This document shows positions 19,709 to 28,631 of a stretch of 42,515 nucleotides of DNA, piece by piece. Every line of letters starts with the position of its first letter. Position 1 is the stretch's first letter. Origin of the DNA: an uncultured Gemmatimonadota bacterium (GTDB lineage: Bacteria > Gemmatimonadota > CAZMKB01 > CAZNLH01); the NCBI GenBank assembly GCA_964442125.1, contig CAYTWO010000006.1, forward strand, positions 1-42,515, in the 5' to 3' direction. The notes under the pieces were generated by a model. It saw only the letters and a list, made by a program, of their open reading frames with translations. It was not told where the DNA came from and searched no databases. Made by a program: the position numbers and the translations under genes.

Positions 19709-21595
19709 TTACCCGATTCCAGTCTTGATGAACTCAAGCACCGACTCGGCAATACGATCAGATGTCAGGCCAACAATATCGAGCAACTTCGCTCGTGGAC
19801 CGTGCGGAACAAAATGATCCGGGAGTCCAATGTTTAAGACCTGTCCGCTAAAACCGCCAATCCCCTGTACGGCAGCTCCAATCTGTGCACCAAACCCGTT
19901 TACGCTTGAGTTTTCTTCTACCGTAACGAGACCATGATAGTGGTTTACGAGGTCTTTGAGGAGCTCTCTATCAAGCGGTTTAACGAACCTGCAATTAATC
20001 ACTCCCGCACTGATTCCGGCCGTTTTCAAGGTTTCACTCGCCGCCATTGCCTGCTCAACCATGGAACCTACCGCCAGGATGGCAACGTCCTCGCCGGAAA
20101 TCAGGCTCTCCCATGAACCGATAGGGATCTCGTCGAGGGTGATGCTTTCCTTTATCTTGACGACTTTGTCCCTTGGATACCGTATGGCAAATGGACCTTG
20201 CTCATAGCGAATTGCCGTAAAGAGGAGGTTTTTTAGCTCAGATTCATCTTTCGGAGAAGAGACGATAAAGTTCGGGATCATCGAGAGGTAAGAAAGATCG
20301 AAGACACCATGATGCGTAGGTCCATCCTTTCCCACAAGCCCGCTCCTGTCTATGACGAAGACAACGGGAAGCGACTGGAGACCGACGTCATGTATCAACT
20401 GGTCACACGCTCTCTGAAGGAAGGTTGAATAGATACCTACGACAGGCTTCAGGCCAGATGCAGCCAATCCGGCGGCGAACGTCACGGCATGAGCTTCGGC
20501 TATCCCAACGTCATAGAACCTGTCCGGGAACTTCTCCTTGAACAGGTTCAGGCCGGTCCCGGAGGGCATTGCCGCGCTGATGGCGACTATCTTTTCATCA
20601 GCTGAACCAAGCTCGACCAGTGTTTCTCCCATTACCTTCGTATACATCACACCGGTCGGTTTTGAATTGCTCTTTCCCGTCACCTTGCAAAATGAGCCGA
20701 CACCGTGGAACTGTGCCGAATCTTTTTCGGCCTGTGGGAATCCCTTCCCCTTGACTGTGAGGACATGCACGAAGTTAGGTCCCGGAATGGCCCTGACACT
20801 CCTCATGGTGCGAAGAAGCTCACTTAAGTTATGCCCGTCAATTGGTCCGAAATACCTGAAACCCAAGTCCTCGAACAACATCCCTGGCGTGATCAGCTTT
20901 TTCAGACTCTCCTCCAGGCGCCTGGCCAATACGCGTACACTCTCCCCGAAGGAGGGGAATTTCCCGGTCAAGTTCCAAATTTCACTCTTTATCCTGTTAT
21001 AGACAGGATTTGTTATGATGTTCGTCAAATAACGCGATATAGCCCCGACATTCGGTGAGATCGACATATTGTTGTCGTTCAGGATGACGGTGATATCCGT
21101 CCCCGAGGCACCCGCGTTATTCAAACCCTCGTAAGCCAGACCCCCGGTAAGGGCACCATCCCCAACCACGGCAACGACTTTATCGTGACGGTTCATCATA
21201 TCCCTCGCCACCGCAAACCCGAGAGTGGCAGAAATAGAGGTGCTCGCGTGACCCGTCCCGAACGGGTCGTACTTGCTTTCGAAAGGGCTGGGGAAACCCG
21301 ATATCCCCCCGTGCTGCCGGAGTGTCTTGAATTCCTCCCTCCTGTTGGTCAAGATCTTATGAGCATAGGATTGATGCCCGACATCCCAGATAATGACGTC
21401 ATCGGGCATATTATAAAGATAATGGAGGACCACTGACAGTTCTACGACGCCCAGGCTGGGAGCAAGGTGGCCTCCTGTCTCTGAAACCACTGCGATAATA
21501 TACTCCCTGAGTTCATCGCAAAGTGAGAAGAGCTCCTCAATAGATAATCTCTTTACGTCTGTCGGGTCCTTTATTCTGTCAAGAAGTTCTCCCAT
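19709..21595 (-). CDS. dxs: 1-deoxy-D-xylulose-5-phosphate synthase
   Basis: GGHLAPSLGVVEL, GHASTSIS, VVGDGALTGG and IAEAHAVTFAAGLA. Confidence 0.95.
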   Translation of the reverse strand: MGELLDRIKDPTDVKRLSIEELFSLCDELREYIIAVVSETGGHLAPSLGVVELSVVLHYLYNMPDDVIIWDVGHQSYAHKILTNRREEFKTLRQHGGISGFPSPFESKYDPFGTGHASTSISATLGFAVARDMMNRHDKVVAVVGDGALTGGLAYEGLNNAGASGTDITVILNDNNMSISPNVGAISRYLTNIITNPVYNRIKSEIWNLTGKFPSFGESVRVLARRLEESLKKLITPGMLFEDLGFRYFGPIDGHNLSELLRTMRSVRAIPGPNFVHVLTVKGKGFPQAEKDSAQFHGVGSFCKVTGKSNSKPTGVMYTKVMGETLVELGSADEKIVAISAAMPSGTGLNLFKEKFPDRFYDVGIAEAHAVTFAAGLAASGLKPVVGIYSTFLQRACDQLIHDVGLQSLPVVFVIDRSGLVGKDGPTHHGVFDLSYLSMIPNFIVSSPKDESELKNLLFTAIRYEQGPFAIRYPRDKVVKIKESITLDEIPIGSWESLISGEDVAILAVGSMVEQAMAASETLKTAGISAGVINCRFVKPLDRELLKDLVNHYHGLVTVEENSSVNGFGAQIGAAVQGIGGFSGQVLNIGLPDHFVPHGPRAKLLDIVGLTSDRIAESVLEFIKTGIG

Positions 21596-21609
21596 GAGTT
21601 TTCCTTTTA

Positions 21610-21638
21610 CCTAAGTTGAGCGATTCTCTCAAATTAGG
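21610..21638. repeat. dispersed inverted-repeat element, compact hairpin (CCTAAGTTGAG-CGATTCT-CTCAAATTAGG)
   Basis: Lies in the 45-nt ispA-dxs intergenic gap. 11-bp arms with one mismatch and a 7-nt loop. Confidence 0.8.
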
Positions 21639-21640
21639 TT

Positions 21641-22609
21641 TTACTGACTGGCAGAGCCTTGGCGGGCGGTTTGATGACCCAACCCCCTGTCAAGAGTATA
21701 TGTCAGGACCTGTTCGAGAACCAGGTTTGAAACCCCCGTACGATCGAGCGCATCCCTCGCTTTCTCGATCTCTTCCTTGAGTCTTTTCTCCGATCTCTTC
21801 TCGTCAAAGAGAGCCAGAAATGTGGCCTTTTTCCTGATTGCATCACGACCAGTGGTCTTTCCCATCCTGTTGAAATCCGACCTCTGGTCAAGCAGATCAT
21901 CAGCGGTCTGATAGGCAAGACCGAGGTGAAGGCCATACTCCCCGAACATGTCTACTTCTCCCCCCCTTACACCTCCCAATACCGCACCCATTCTAATCGA
22001 GCCCTCTATCATCTTAGCGGTCTTCATGTGGTGAATCGTTTCGACCGTAGTAGTATCAAACTCTTTCCCTTCCCAGTACAGGTCCATCATCTGTCCCCCG
22101 ACCATTCCCCCGAAGCCGGAAGAATCATCTATAATGCTCATAAGGGAAAACGCCAAGGAATCAGGAAGATCATAATCCCGAATCATTTCCAGCATAAACT
22201 CAATAGAGTAACAGAGGAGATCAAATCCGGTCAGAATAGCCGCTTTCGTCCCGTACAATACATGCAGGGTCGGCTTTCCCCGCCGGTAAGCATCGTCGTC
22301 CATAATCGGCAGATCATCGTGGACAAGAGAGAAATTGTGGAGTATCTCCCAGATCAGGGCGAAAGGATAGATGAAGTCCTCCTTCCCTCCGACCGAACGG
22401 TAGGTACTGACGCACAATATCGGCCTTAGACGCTTTCCTCCGGAGGTCATTACATATCTCATCCTGCCGGCAGGATCCCCGGCATTTTCATCACCTGAGA
22501 AGCACTCTTCGATCAGCCCCTCCAACCGTTCCCCTTCCCTGCCAACAACCTTTTTGAAGGTTATATTTCTATCAGCCCCTTCCATCTTCCTCGCTACCCT
22601 CGGTGTCAA
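21641..22609 (-). CDS. ispA: polyprenyl (farnesyl/geranylgeranyl) diphosphate synthase
   Basis: GGKRLRP, the first DDxxD (LVHDDLPIMDDD) and the second DDxxD (QTADDLLD). Confidence 0.85.
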   Translation of the reverse strand: MTPRVARKMEGADRNITFKKVVGREGERLEGLIEECFSGDENAGDPAGRMRYVMTSGGKRLRPILCVSTYRSVGGKEDFIYPFALIWEILHNFSLVHDDLPIMDDDAYRRGKPTLHVLYGTKAAILTGFDLLCYSIEFMLEMIRDYDLPDSLAFSLMSIIDDSSGFGGMVGGQMMDLYWEGKEFDTTTVETIHHMKTAKMIEGSIRMGAVLGGVRGGEVDMFGEYGLHLGLAYQTADDLLDQRSDFNRMGKTTGRDAIRKKATFLALFDEKRSEKRLKEEIEKARDALDRTGVSNLVLEQVLTYTLDRGLGHQTARQGSASQ

Positions 22610-22853
22610 TCAGAAAATCTTCGAGGATCAAATCGCCATCTTCCTCACCCAGGATTTTTTGGACCTTCAATTGACTTTCTTTCAACTTTCTCTGGGCCGA
22701 TTTTACGATTGCCGTCCCTTCCTCGAAGAGATCCAGGGCTTTATCGAGCGTCACTTCTTCTGATTCGAGCTTACCGACGATCTCTTCGAGCCGTTTCAAC
22801 TGCTCCTCGAAACCAGCCCTACTTTTATCCGGTTTCTTTCCCTTTTTTGCCAT
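22572..22853 (-). CDS. xseB: exodeoxyribonuclease VII small subunit
   Basis: FEEQLKRLEEIVGKLESEEVTLDKALDLFEEG is a typical XseB helix-hairpin sequence. It follows xseA. Confidence 0.85.
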   Translation of the reverse strand: MAKKGKKPDKSRAGFEEQLKRLEEIVGKLESEEVTLDKALDLFEEGTAIVKSAQRKLKESQLKVQKILGEEDGDLILEDFLIDTEGSEEDGRG

Positions 22854-24079
22854 TATTTACCCACCTCCATCACTTCACTTTTGATCTCACCCCTGTGAAG
22901 ACGTACCCTGATCTTATCTCCACGACGGAGGGTACCCGCGTCACGTACGATGATCCCTTCCGGAAGTTTGTAAGTGAGAGAGTAACCTCGTCCCATGGTA
23001 GCAATAGGACTCAAGATGTCGAGCTTTCCACACAATTCCTCGAGCTTTCCGGCCATTCTGCTCAGGAGATAGACCATGTTTCTTCTCATTGTCATCTGAT
23101 TTTGGTCGATGGCCTGCATCGCTCCCTCCAGCATCGACGGGACCCTTTTCAGGCCATGGTGAGACGAGAGAAATTCAAAGCGCTTTACTATCCTTTCGAG
23201 GACCATGGTCAATTCTCTGCGCATCTTATCCGATATCGCGGTCAGTGTGGATAGCAACCTTCGTATGTCTGGAACTACGAGTTCAGCGGCAGCGGATGGT
23301 GTTGGTGCCCGAAGATCCGCGACGAAGTCGGATATGGTGAAATCGATCTCATGACCAACTGCCGATACGACGGGCAACTGTGAATTAACGATCGCCCGTG
23401 CGACGACCTCTTCATTGAAGGCCCACAGGTCCTCAAGTGAACCACCACCCCTTCCTACGATAAGGAGATCAGGTTTCCCCCACCGGTTCATGGTCTCGAT
23501 TGCCCCGGCAATCTCTGTTGAGGCTCCTTCACCCTGAACCCTCACCGGGTACAGGACAATCTCGGCCAGAGGATACCTCCTGCCTATTATCGATATAATA
23601 TCACGCACCGCAGCCCCTTTCGGTGACGTAACAACTCCAATCACTCGTGGGAATTCAGGCAACGCCTTTTTCCTGGAGTCATCGAAAAGTCCCTCTCCTG
23701 CCAACCGTCCCTTCAGCTTTTCGAACTCCAGGTACAGAAGCCCTAAACCGAGTGGTTTTATTTCGGAAACTATCAGCTGATAACGGCCGGAAGGGGGATA
23801 AACCGATACCCTTCCACTGGCAAGGACCTTCATTCCATCTTCGAGCTCGAAATCAAGTCTGGAATTGTCTCCACGAAACATCACCGAGTTGAGCTGAGCT
23901 TTTTCGTCTTTGATCGAGAAATAGAGATGACCCGACGCAGCCCTGACCAGATTGGATATTTCTCCCTCCACCCACACCGAAGGATATTCCTTTTCGAGCA
24001 TATCCTTAATTAGAAAGGTAAGTTCACTCACCTTGTAGACTATAGCGCTCTCAGTCTCCCCTGTCATGGCAAATCCCAT
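22853..24079 (-). CDS. xseA: exodeoxyribonuclease VII large subunit
   Basis: VWVEGEISN, GHLYFSLKD-like, IGVVTSPKGAAVRD and RGGGSLEDLWAFN. Confidence 0.9.
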   Translation of the reverse strand: MGFAMTGETESAIVYKVSELTFLIKDMLEKEYPSVWVEGEISNLVRAASGHLYFSIKDEKAQLNSVMFRGDNSRLDFELEDGMKVLASGRVSVYPPSGRYQLIVSEIKPLGLGLLYLEFEKLKGRLAGEGLFDDSRKKALPEFPRVIGVVTSPKGAAVRDIISIIGRRYPLAEIVLYPVRVQGEGASTEIAGAIETMNRWGKPDLLIVGRGGGSLEDLWAFNEEVVARAIVNSQLPVVSAVGHEIDFTISDFVADLRAPTPSAAAELVVPDIRRLLSTLTAISDKMRRELTMVLERIVKRFEFLSSHHGLKRVPSMLEGAMQAIDQNQMTMRRNMVYLLSRMAGKLEELCGKLDILSPIATMGRGYSLTYKLPEGIIVRDAGTLRRGDKIRVRLHRGEIKSEVMEVGK

Positions 24080-24086
24080 CCGGATC

Positions 24087-24305
24087 TCAGGTCTTCTTCG
24101 ACTCTTCTTTTACTTCTTCGAGTGGGACAATAAAAAGGGCAACGATATATACAAAAATACCGCCCCCACCAATGAAAATCGAAAGTACGAACAGGAGGCG
24201 TATCACAGTTGAATCGATCCCGAAAAATTTCCCTACTCCCCCGCAAACACCCCCGATCATCCTGTCGTCAACGGACCTGTGGAGTTTTCTAATTACATCA
24301 GCCAT
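24087..24305 (-). CDS. PspC domain membrane protein
   Basis: KLHRSVDDRMIGGVCGGVGKFFGIDSTVIRLLFVL is the PspC domain, followed by a TM segment. Confidence 0.7.
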   Translation of the reverse strand: MADVIRKLHRSVDDRMIGGVCGGVGKFFGIDSTVIRLLFVLSIFIGGGGIFVYIVALFIVPLEEVKEESKKT

Positions 24306-24335
24306 ATCTTATCTTCGCTCCTCGTTTGCCTGACA

Positions 24336-25223
24336 TCAGTTTAATTCCTGTGAGAATCTTGCAGCAGTAACCGTATTCTTCATCAACATGGCTATCGTCA
24401 TCGGTCCAACCCCCCCCGGTACAGGGGTTATTGCGGCGGCCACTTCCTTGACCTCATTGAAGTCGACATCTCCAACCAGTCTATACCCTTTTTCCGTGGA
24501 GGAATCGTCGACCCTGTTGATCCCGACATCAATAACAATCACACCAGGTTTGACCATTTCGCCCCTCACAAACTCTGGTTTGCCGATTGCCACGACCAGG
24601 ATATCAGCCATGCGCGTAAAATATGAAATATCCGGTGTCGCGCTGTGGCACACCGTTACAGTGGCATTTGCCCCTTCCTGCTTCAACAGGAGGAGGTTAG
24701 CCAGGGGTTTGCCCACGATATTGCTCCGACCGACGATCACAACATGTTTTCCGCCAACCGATACACCGATCTTCTCGAGCAAGACCTGTATCCCATAGGG
24801 AGTACAGGGTTTGAGCAGAGAACTGCCCTTTACAAGTCTTCCCATGTTGACGGGGTGAAAACCATCTACATCTTTTACCGGATCGATCGATGATATGACA
24901 ATCGTTTCATCGATATGGCCTGGAAGGGGTAACTGAACCAATATCCCGTGCACAAGCGGGTCTCCATTGAGATCCGAAATGAGCTTCAGGAGATCCTCTT
25001 CCCTCGTATCGCCGGGAAGGGTATGGGTAATCGAATGTATGCCGAGTTCTTCACATGCCCTGTTCTTCATCCTGACGTAGACTTTCGATGAAGGGTTGTC
25101 CCCCACCAGAACAAATGCCAGGCCCGGTTTATTATCTGCCGAGATCATCTCTTCGATGTCCGCCTTTAATCCCTCCTTTATTGAGGCGGCAATCTCAGAA
25201 CCTTTAATGATTTGAGCTCCCAT
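24336..25223 (-). CDS. folD: bifunctional methylene-THF dehydrogenase / methenyl-THF cyclohydrolase
   Basis: LAFVLVGDNPSSKVYVRMK, GILVQLPLP, VVGRSNIVGKP and PVPGGVGPMT. Start at ATG 25223 (MGAQIIKG) with GGAG upstream. Confidence 0.9.
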   Translation of the reverse strand: MGAQIIKGSEIAASIKEGLKADIEEMISADNKPGLAFVLVGDNPSSKVYVRMKNRACEELGIHSITHTLPGDTREEDLLKLISDLNGDPLVHGILVQLPLPGHIDETIVISSIDPVKDVDGFHPVNMGRLVKGSSLLKPCTPYGIQVLLEKIGVSVGGKHVVIVGRSNIVGKPLANLLLLKQEGANATVTVCHSATPDISYFTRMADILVVAIGKPEFVRGEMVKPGVIVIDVGINRVDDSSTEKGYRLVGDVDFNEVKEVAAAITPVPGGVGPMTIAMLMKNTVTAARFSQELN

Positions 25224-25286
25224 TGTTCGGGTCTCCATTTCTACCGGATTGTTGAAGGCTGCACGAAGCGTCTGCACCCGACATGA

Positions 25287-26063
25287 TTATTCATGAGAGA
25301 TCCGCTGGATAGAATCAGCTTCTCCAGTTTTCTCATCGATCCCGATAATCACTGCCATCATTCTGACATCCCCCGAAACGGGTACGAAACGTTTGGGTAA
25401 TTGTGTCATGAACTTCTGTATGGCTTCCTTTTTCCTCATCCCGATGACTCCGGAGATAGATCCGGTCATTCCAACATCGGTAATGTATGCTGTACCTCCC
25501 TCGAGAATCCTTTCATCGGCCGTCTGAACATGAGTGTGGGTGCCAACCACCCCGGTAGCTCTTCCTGCAAGGAACCAGCCCATCGCCAGCTTCTCAGCTG
25601 TCGCCTCGGCATGAAAATCCACAATAGTAATCTTCGTTTCTTTTTTTAGCCTGTCGAGAGAATGTTCAGCCGCTCTGAAGGGACAATCGATAGCCTGCAT
25701 GAAAGCCCTTCCCTGAAGGTTGATGATGCCGACAGTTACTCCACTCCTCGTTTGGAAAAGGAGCTCCCCTTTTCCCGGATTCCCTGGCGGGTAATTCAAG
25801 GGTCTCAACAACCGATCTTCGTCGTCGAGGAAGGGCATGATGACCTTGCGATCCCAGATGTGGTTCCCTGAGGTCAGAACGTCGATTCCCGCCGTGAAAA
25901 GTTCCTTTGCCGTGTCCGGCGTCAGACCAAATCCCCCCGATCCATTTTCAGCGTTGGCTATACACAGATCGATCTCCTCGCTCTGTCTGAATTCCGGGAG
26001 CATATCTTTCAGGAACTGGCGACCCGGTCTACCAATAATATCACCAATGAATAATATCCTCAA
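25287..26063 (-). CDS. ymdB: YmdB-like (TIGR00282-type) metallophosphoesterase
   Basis: MRILFIGDIIGRPGR, ANAENGSGGFG, DFHAEATAEK and GTHTHVQTAD. Lies downstream of rny, as in Bacillus. Confidence 0.85.
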   Translation of the reverse strand: MRILFIGDIIGRPGRQFLKDMLPEFRQSEEIDLCIANAENGSGGFGLTPDTAKELFTAGIDVLTSGNHIWDRKVIMPFLDDEDRLLRPLNYPPGNPGKGELLFQTRSGVTVGIINLQGRAFMQAIDCPFRAAEHSLDRLKKETKITIVDFHAEATAEKLAMGWFLAGRATGVVGTHTHVQTADERILEGGTAYITDVGMTGSISGVIGMRKKEAIQKFMTQLPKRFVPVSGDVRMMAVIIGIDEKTGEADSIQRISHE

Positions 26064-26078
26064 TATTTTTCCTTCTCC

Positions 26079-27647
26079 TCACCTCGCGTAATTTATAGAC
26101 CTGGTCTCCCGGATAACCGAGATTTTGATATGGCCGGGATATTCCAGCTCCCGCTCTATCTTTCTCGCGATTTCATTCGAAAGATGATCGGCGTTCGCAT
26201 CATCCAGCTCTCCTGGTTCGACGATTACACGAATCTCTCTTCCCGCCTGTATGGCATAGGACTTCTGGACCCCATCAAATGAATCTGCAAGCTCCTCGAG
26301 CTTTTCCAGACGCCTTATGTAGGTCTCAAAGGTCTCACGCCTCGCCCCTGGCCTGGCTCCGGACAGGGCATCGGCGGCCTGAACCAGGACCGCGATGGCT
26401 GATTTTGGTTCAGTATCATCGTGATGAGCATCTATCGCGTTAACAATAACCGGGTCCTCTTTGTATTTTTTGACCAATTCCACACCGAGCTGAACATGTG
26501 TCCCTTCACTCTCATGCGTCAATGATTTGCCAATGTCATGCAGGACCGCGGCTCTCCTCGCGAGTTTATCATCGAAACGGAGCTCTGTGGCCATCAGGCC
26601 CGCGATAATCGCTGATTCCTTCAAATGCTGGAGGACGTTCTGGCCATAGCTCGTACGGTATTTCAGCCGCCCGAGGAGGTAAATGAGCTCTGGATTGAGT
26701 CCGTGGATGCCGATCTCATACACGGCCTCTTCCCCGGTTTGCTGAATGATTTCGTCTATCTCCTTGCGGGCTTTTTCGACGACATCCTCGATTCGACCTG
26801 GATGAATTCTCCCGTCGGAAATGAGTTTTTCGAGGGCAATCCTCGCGGTTTCCCTGCGGATCGGGTCGAAAGCCGACAGGATAACGGCTTCAGGCGTATC
26901 GTCAATAATTACATTGACACCGGTCGCCATTTCAAAGGAACGGATGTTCCTTCCCTCCCTCCCGATGATCCGACCTTTCATTTCATCATTTGGCAGCGAG
27001 ACGACCGAAACCGTCGATTCCACAACCTGGTCTGCCGCGCATCTCTGTATCGCGTTGATGATAATCTTTTTGGCTTCCTTCTCAGCGATTCGTTTTGTTC
27101 TCTCTTTGATTTCCTTGAGTGTTTGGGATGCCTCCAGTCTGGCTTCTTCTTCAAGATTGCCTATGAGTTCCCGTTTCGCTTCATCAGCACTGAGTCTCGC
27201 TATTCTTTCCAATTTCCGGTTCTGTTCCTGGATCAACTGGGACAGGCGTGACTCCTTTGCTTTCAATGCCTTTTCCCTGCCGATAAATTCCTCGCCTTTC
27301 CGCCGTATTTCACGTTCCTTCTTCTCGATCAGATCGAACTTTTTGTTGAAGGTCGCTTCCTGTTCCTTGAACTTCCAATCCATCTCTTCGAGTTCTTTGC
27401 GTTTTGCTGAGGCCTCTTCCTCGAATTTGACCTTGGCCTTATAAAGGCTTTCCTTCATTTCAAGGGCAGCGGCCTTCTTTATGTTTTCTCCCTCACGCGT
27501 AGCGTCTTTAAGGGTCTTTTCAGCTTCCCTTTCCGCTTCTCGTAAGGCCTTCACGGCGATTTTCTTCCTCATTACAAAACCAAGTAAAAAACACAGACCC
27601 CCCGAGAGTAAAAGCACTAAGACAATAAAGACGGATTTCCCGATCAT
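26079..27647 (-). CDS. rny: ribonuclease Y
   Basis: N-terminal TM, a long K/E coiled coil, a KH domain ([12 protein letters not shown]) and an HD domain (LHDIGK). Confidence 0.95.
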   Translation of the reverse strand: MIGKSVFIVLVLLLSGGLCFLLGFVMRKKIAVKALREAEREAEKTLKDATREGENIKKAAALEMKESLYKAKVKFEEEASAKRKELEEMDWKFKEQEATFNKKFDLIEKKEREIRRKGEEFIGREKALKAKESRLSQLIQEQNRKLERIARLSADEAKRELIGNLEEEARLEASQTLKEIKERTKRIAEKEAKKIIINAIQRCAADQVVESTVSVVSLPNDEMKGRIIGREGRNIRSFEMATGVNVIIDDTPEAVILSAFDPIRRETARIALEKLISDGRIHPGRIEDVVEKARKEIDEIIQQTGEEAVYEIGIHGLNPELIYLLGRLKYRTSYGQNVLQHLKESAIIAGLMATELRFDDKLARRAAVLHDIGKSLTHESEGTHVQLGVELVKKYKEDPVIVNAIDAHHDDTEPKSAIAVLVQAADALSGARPGARRETFETYIRRLEKLEELADSFDGVQKSYAIQAGREIRVIVEPGELDDANADHLSNEIARKIERELEYPGHIKISVIRETRSINYAR

Positions 27648-27679
27648 TTATCTCTCTCCAAATTCAAATCCTGATTAAT

Positions 27680-27867
27680 AAAAAATCCCCGCACCCGGCG
27701 AGAGAAAAGAGATCTTTTGAACCTGACGCAATAGGGTGGGTATCATCCCGTTGGCATCTCGCTTCCCGTCTACGCGGGCATGCAGTCAAACAACGGAGAT
27801 AGATTCCCGGTCAGTTAGTGTTGGCTCAAAATTACTCTTTTCGCCACGCACAGAGCAGGGATTTTGT
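27680..27867 (-). ncRNA. ssrS: candidate 6S RNA
   Basis: A transcript of about 188 nt. The 5' end AAAAUCCCUGC pairs with the 3' end GCGGGGAUUUU. Further rod-like pairing follows: GGCGA/UCGCC, AAAGAG/CUCUUU, UUUUGA/UCAAAA and CUGAC/GUCAG. There are an unpaired central region and an apical CCCG-N6-CGGG hairpin. It has its own promoter at 27874-27902 and a terminal U-run. It lies immediately downstream of zapA, as ssrS does in E. coli. Confidence 0.6.
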
Positions 27868-27873
27868 ACTATC

Positions 27874-27902
27874 AGTATAACAGATTTTCCACCTTAATAC
27901 AA
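27874..27902 (-). promoter_or_regulatory. sigma70-type promoter for the 6S RNA candidate
   Basis: Minus strand TTGTAT-17 nt-TATACT, with a predicted start about 7 nt downstream at the first base of the closing stem. Confidence 0.5.
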
Positions 27903-27911
27903 GGGAAATTA

Positions 27912-28253
27912 TCAAGCATCCCCACTTCCCACTCCCTCCCTACTTTTTTGCAGAGCCAGAATGACCTCCTTGATCCGAACCTCCCAGTTTTCACCTTTCT
28001 TGCCGGCTCTATCCCTTGCCTGGAAAAATTCGTCGGTAATGGACATCGCTGCCAGAATAGCGATCTTGTGGACATCCGTGATCTTAGTCACTTTCCCCAC
28101 CTGTTTCATCGCCTTGTCCACATAGTCAGCCACCTGTCGTGTGTACTCTGGAGAGGCCTGACTCTTGATTCCCAACTCTTCTCCAAAAATATTCACCTTT
28201 GTGCTCTTTGCAGCTTCTCTGTCCATTTTCCCTCGAGTGTGCGGTCGTTTCAA
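27912..28253 (-). CDS. zapA: cell division protein ZapA
   Basis: VNIFGEELGIKSQASPEYTRQVADYVDKAMKQV...KIAILAAMSITDEF fits the ZapA pattern. Confidence 0.8.
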   Translation of the reverse strand: MKRPHTRGKMDREAAKSTKVNIFGEELGIKSQASPEYTRQVADYVDKAMKQVGKVTKITDVHKIAILAAMSITDEFFQARDRAGKKGENWEVRIKEVILALQKSREGVGSGDA

Positions 28254-28313
28254 ATTGAATCCAACGGTGCTATCGATCCTAACTGGCCAGGCCGATCTCT
28301 ATCTTTCGCCAGT

Positions 28314-28631
28314 TCACCCTTCCTCGATCACCTCCAGTTTTTTCAGCACCTCTCTTGCTTTAATTGTAATTCTTTCCATCTTTTCCCGTAATTCACGGTT
28401 TTCTCCCTCCAGCCTCTTCAACTCATCATCTCCCTGTCTCTTCTCTAAAGCCTCCTCAAGTCTTTTCACCCTTGTTCTCAGCCTGGTCGTCTCTTCCCTG
28501 GACTGCATCAGTTCGTCCAGAACAAGCCTGACCTCCCGCTCTAATTGATCAAGGATGGTAAGTTGTTTACTTCTGCTTACTGTTTCCTCAGGAATTTTCC
28601 TCCTCCTGTTCCACACCTCATTCAGTATCAA
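28314..28631 (-). CDS. coiled-coil protein, ZapB-like position upstream of zapA
   Basis: The E/R/L heptad-rich sequence is fully helical in character. The start is uncertain, since the ORF overlaps the pheT end by 14 nt. Confidence 0.45.
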   Translation of the reverse strand: MILNEVWNRRRKIPEETVSRSKQLTILDQLEREVRLVLDELMQSREETTRLRTRVKRLEEALEKRQGDDELKRLEGENRELREKMERITIKAREVLKKLEVIEEG

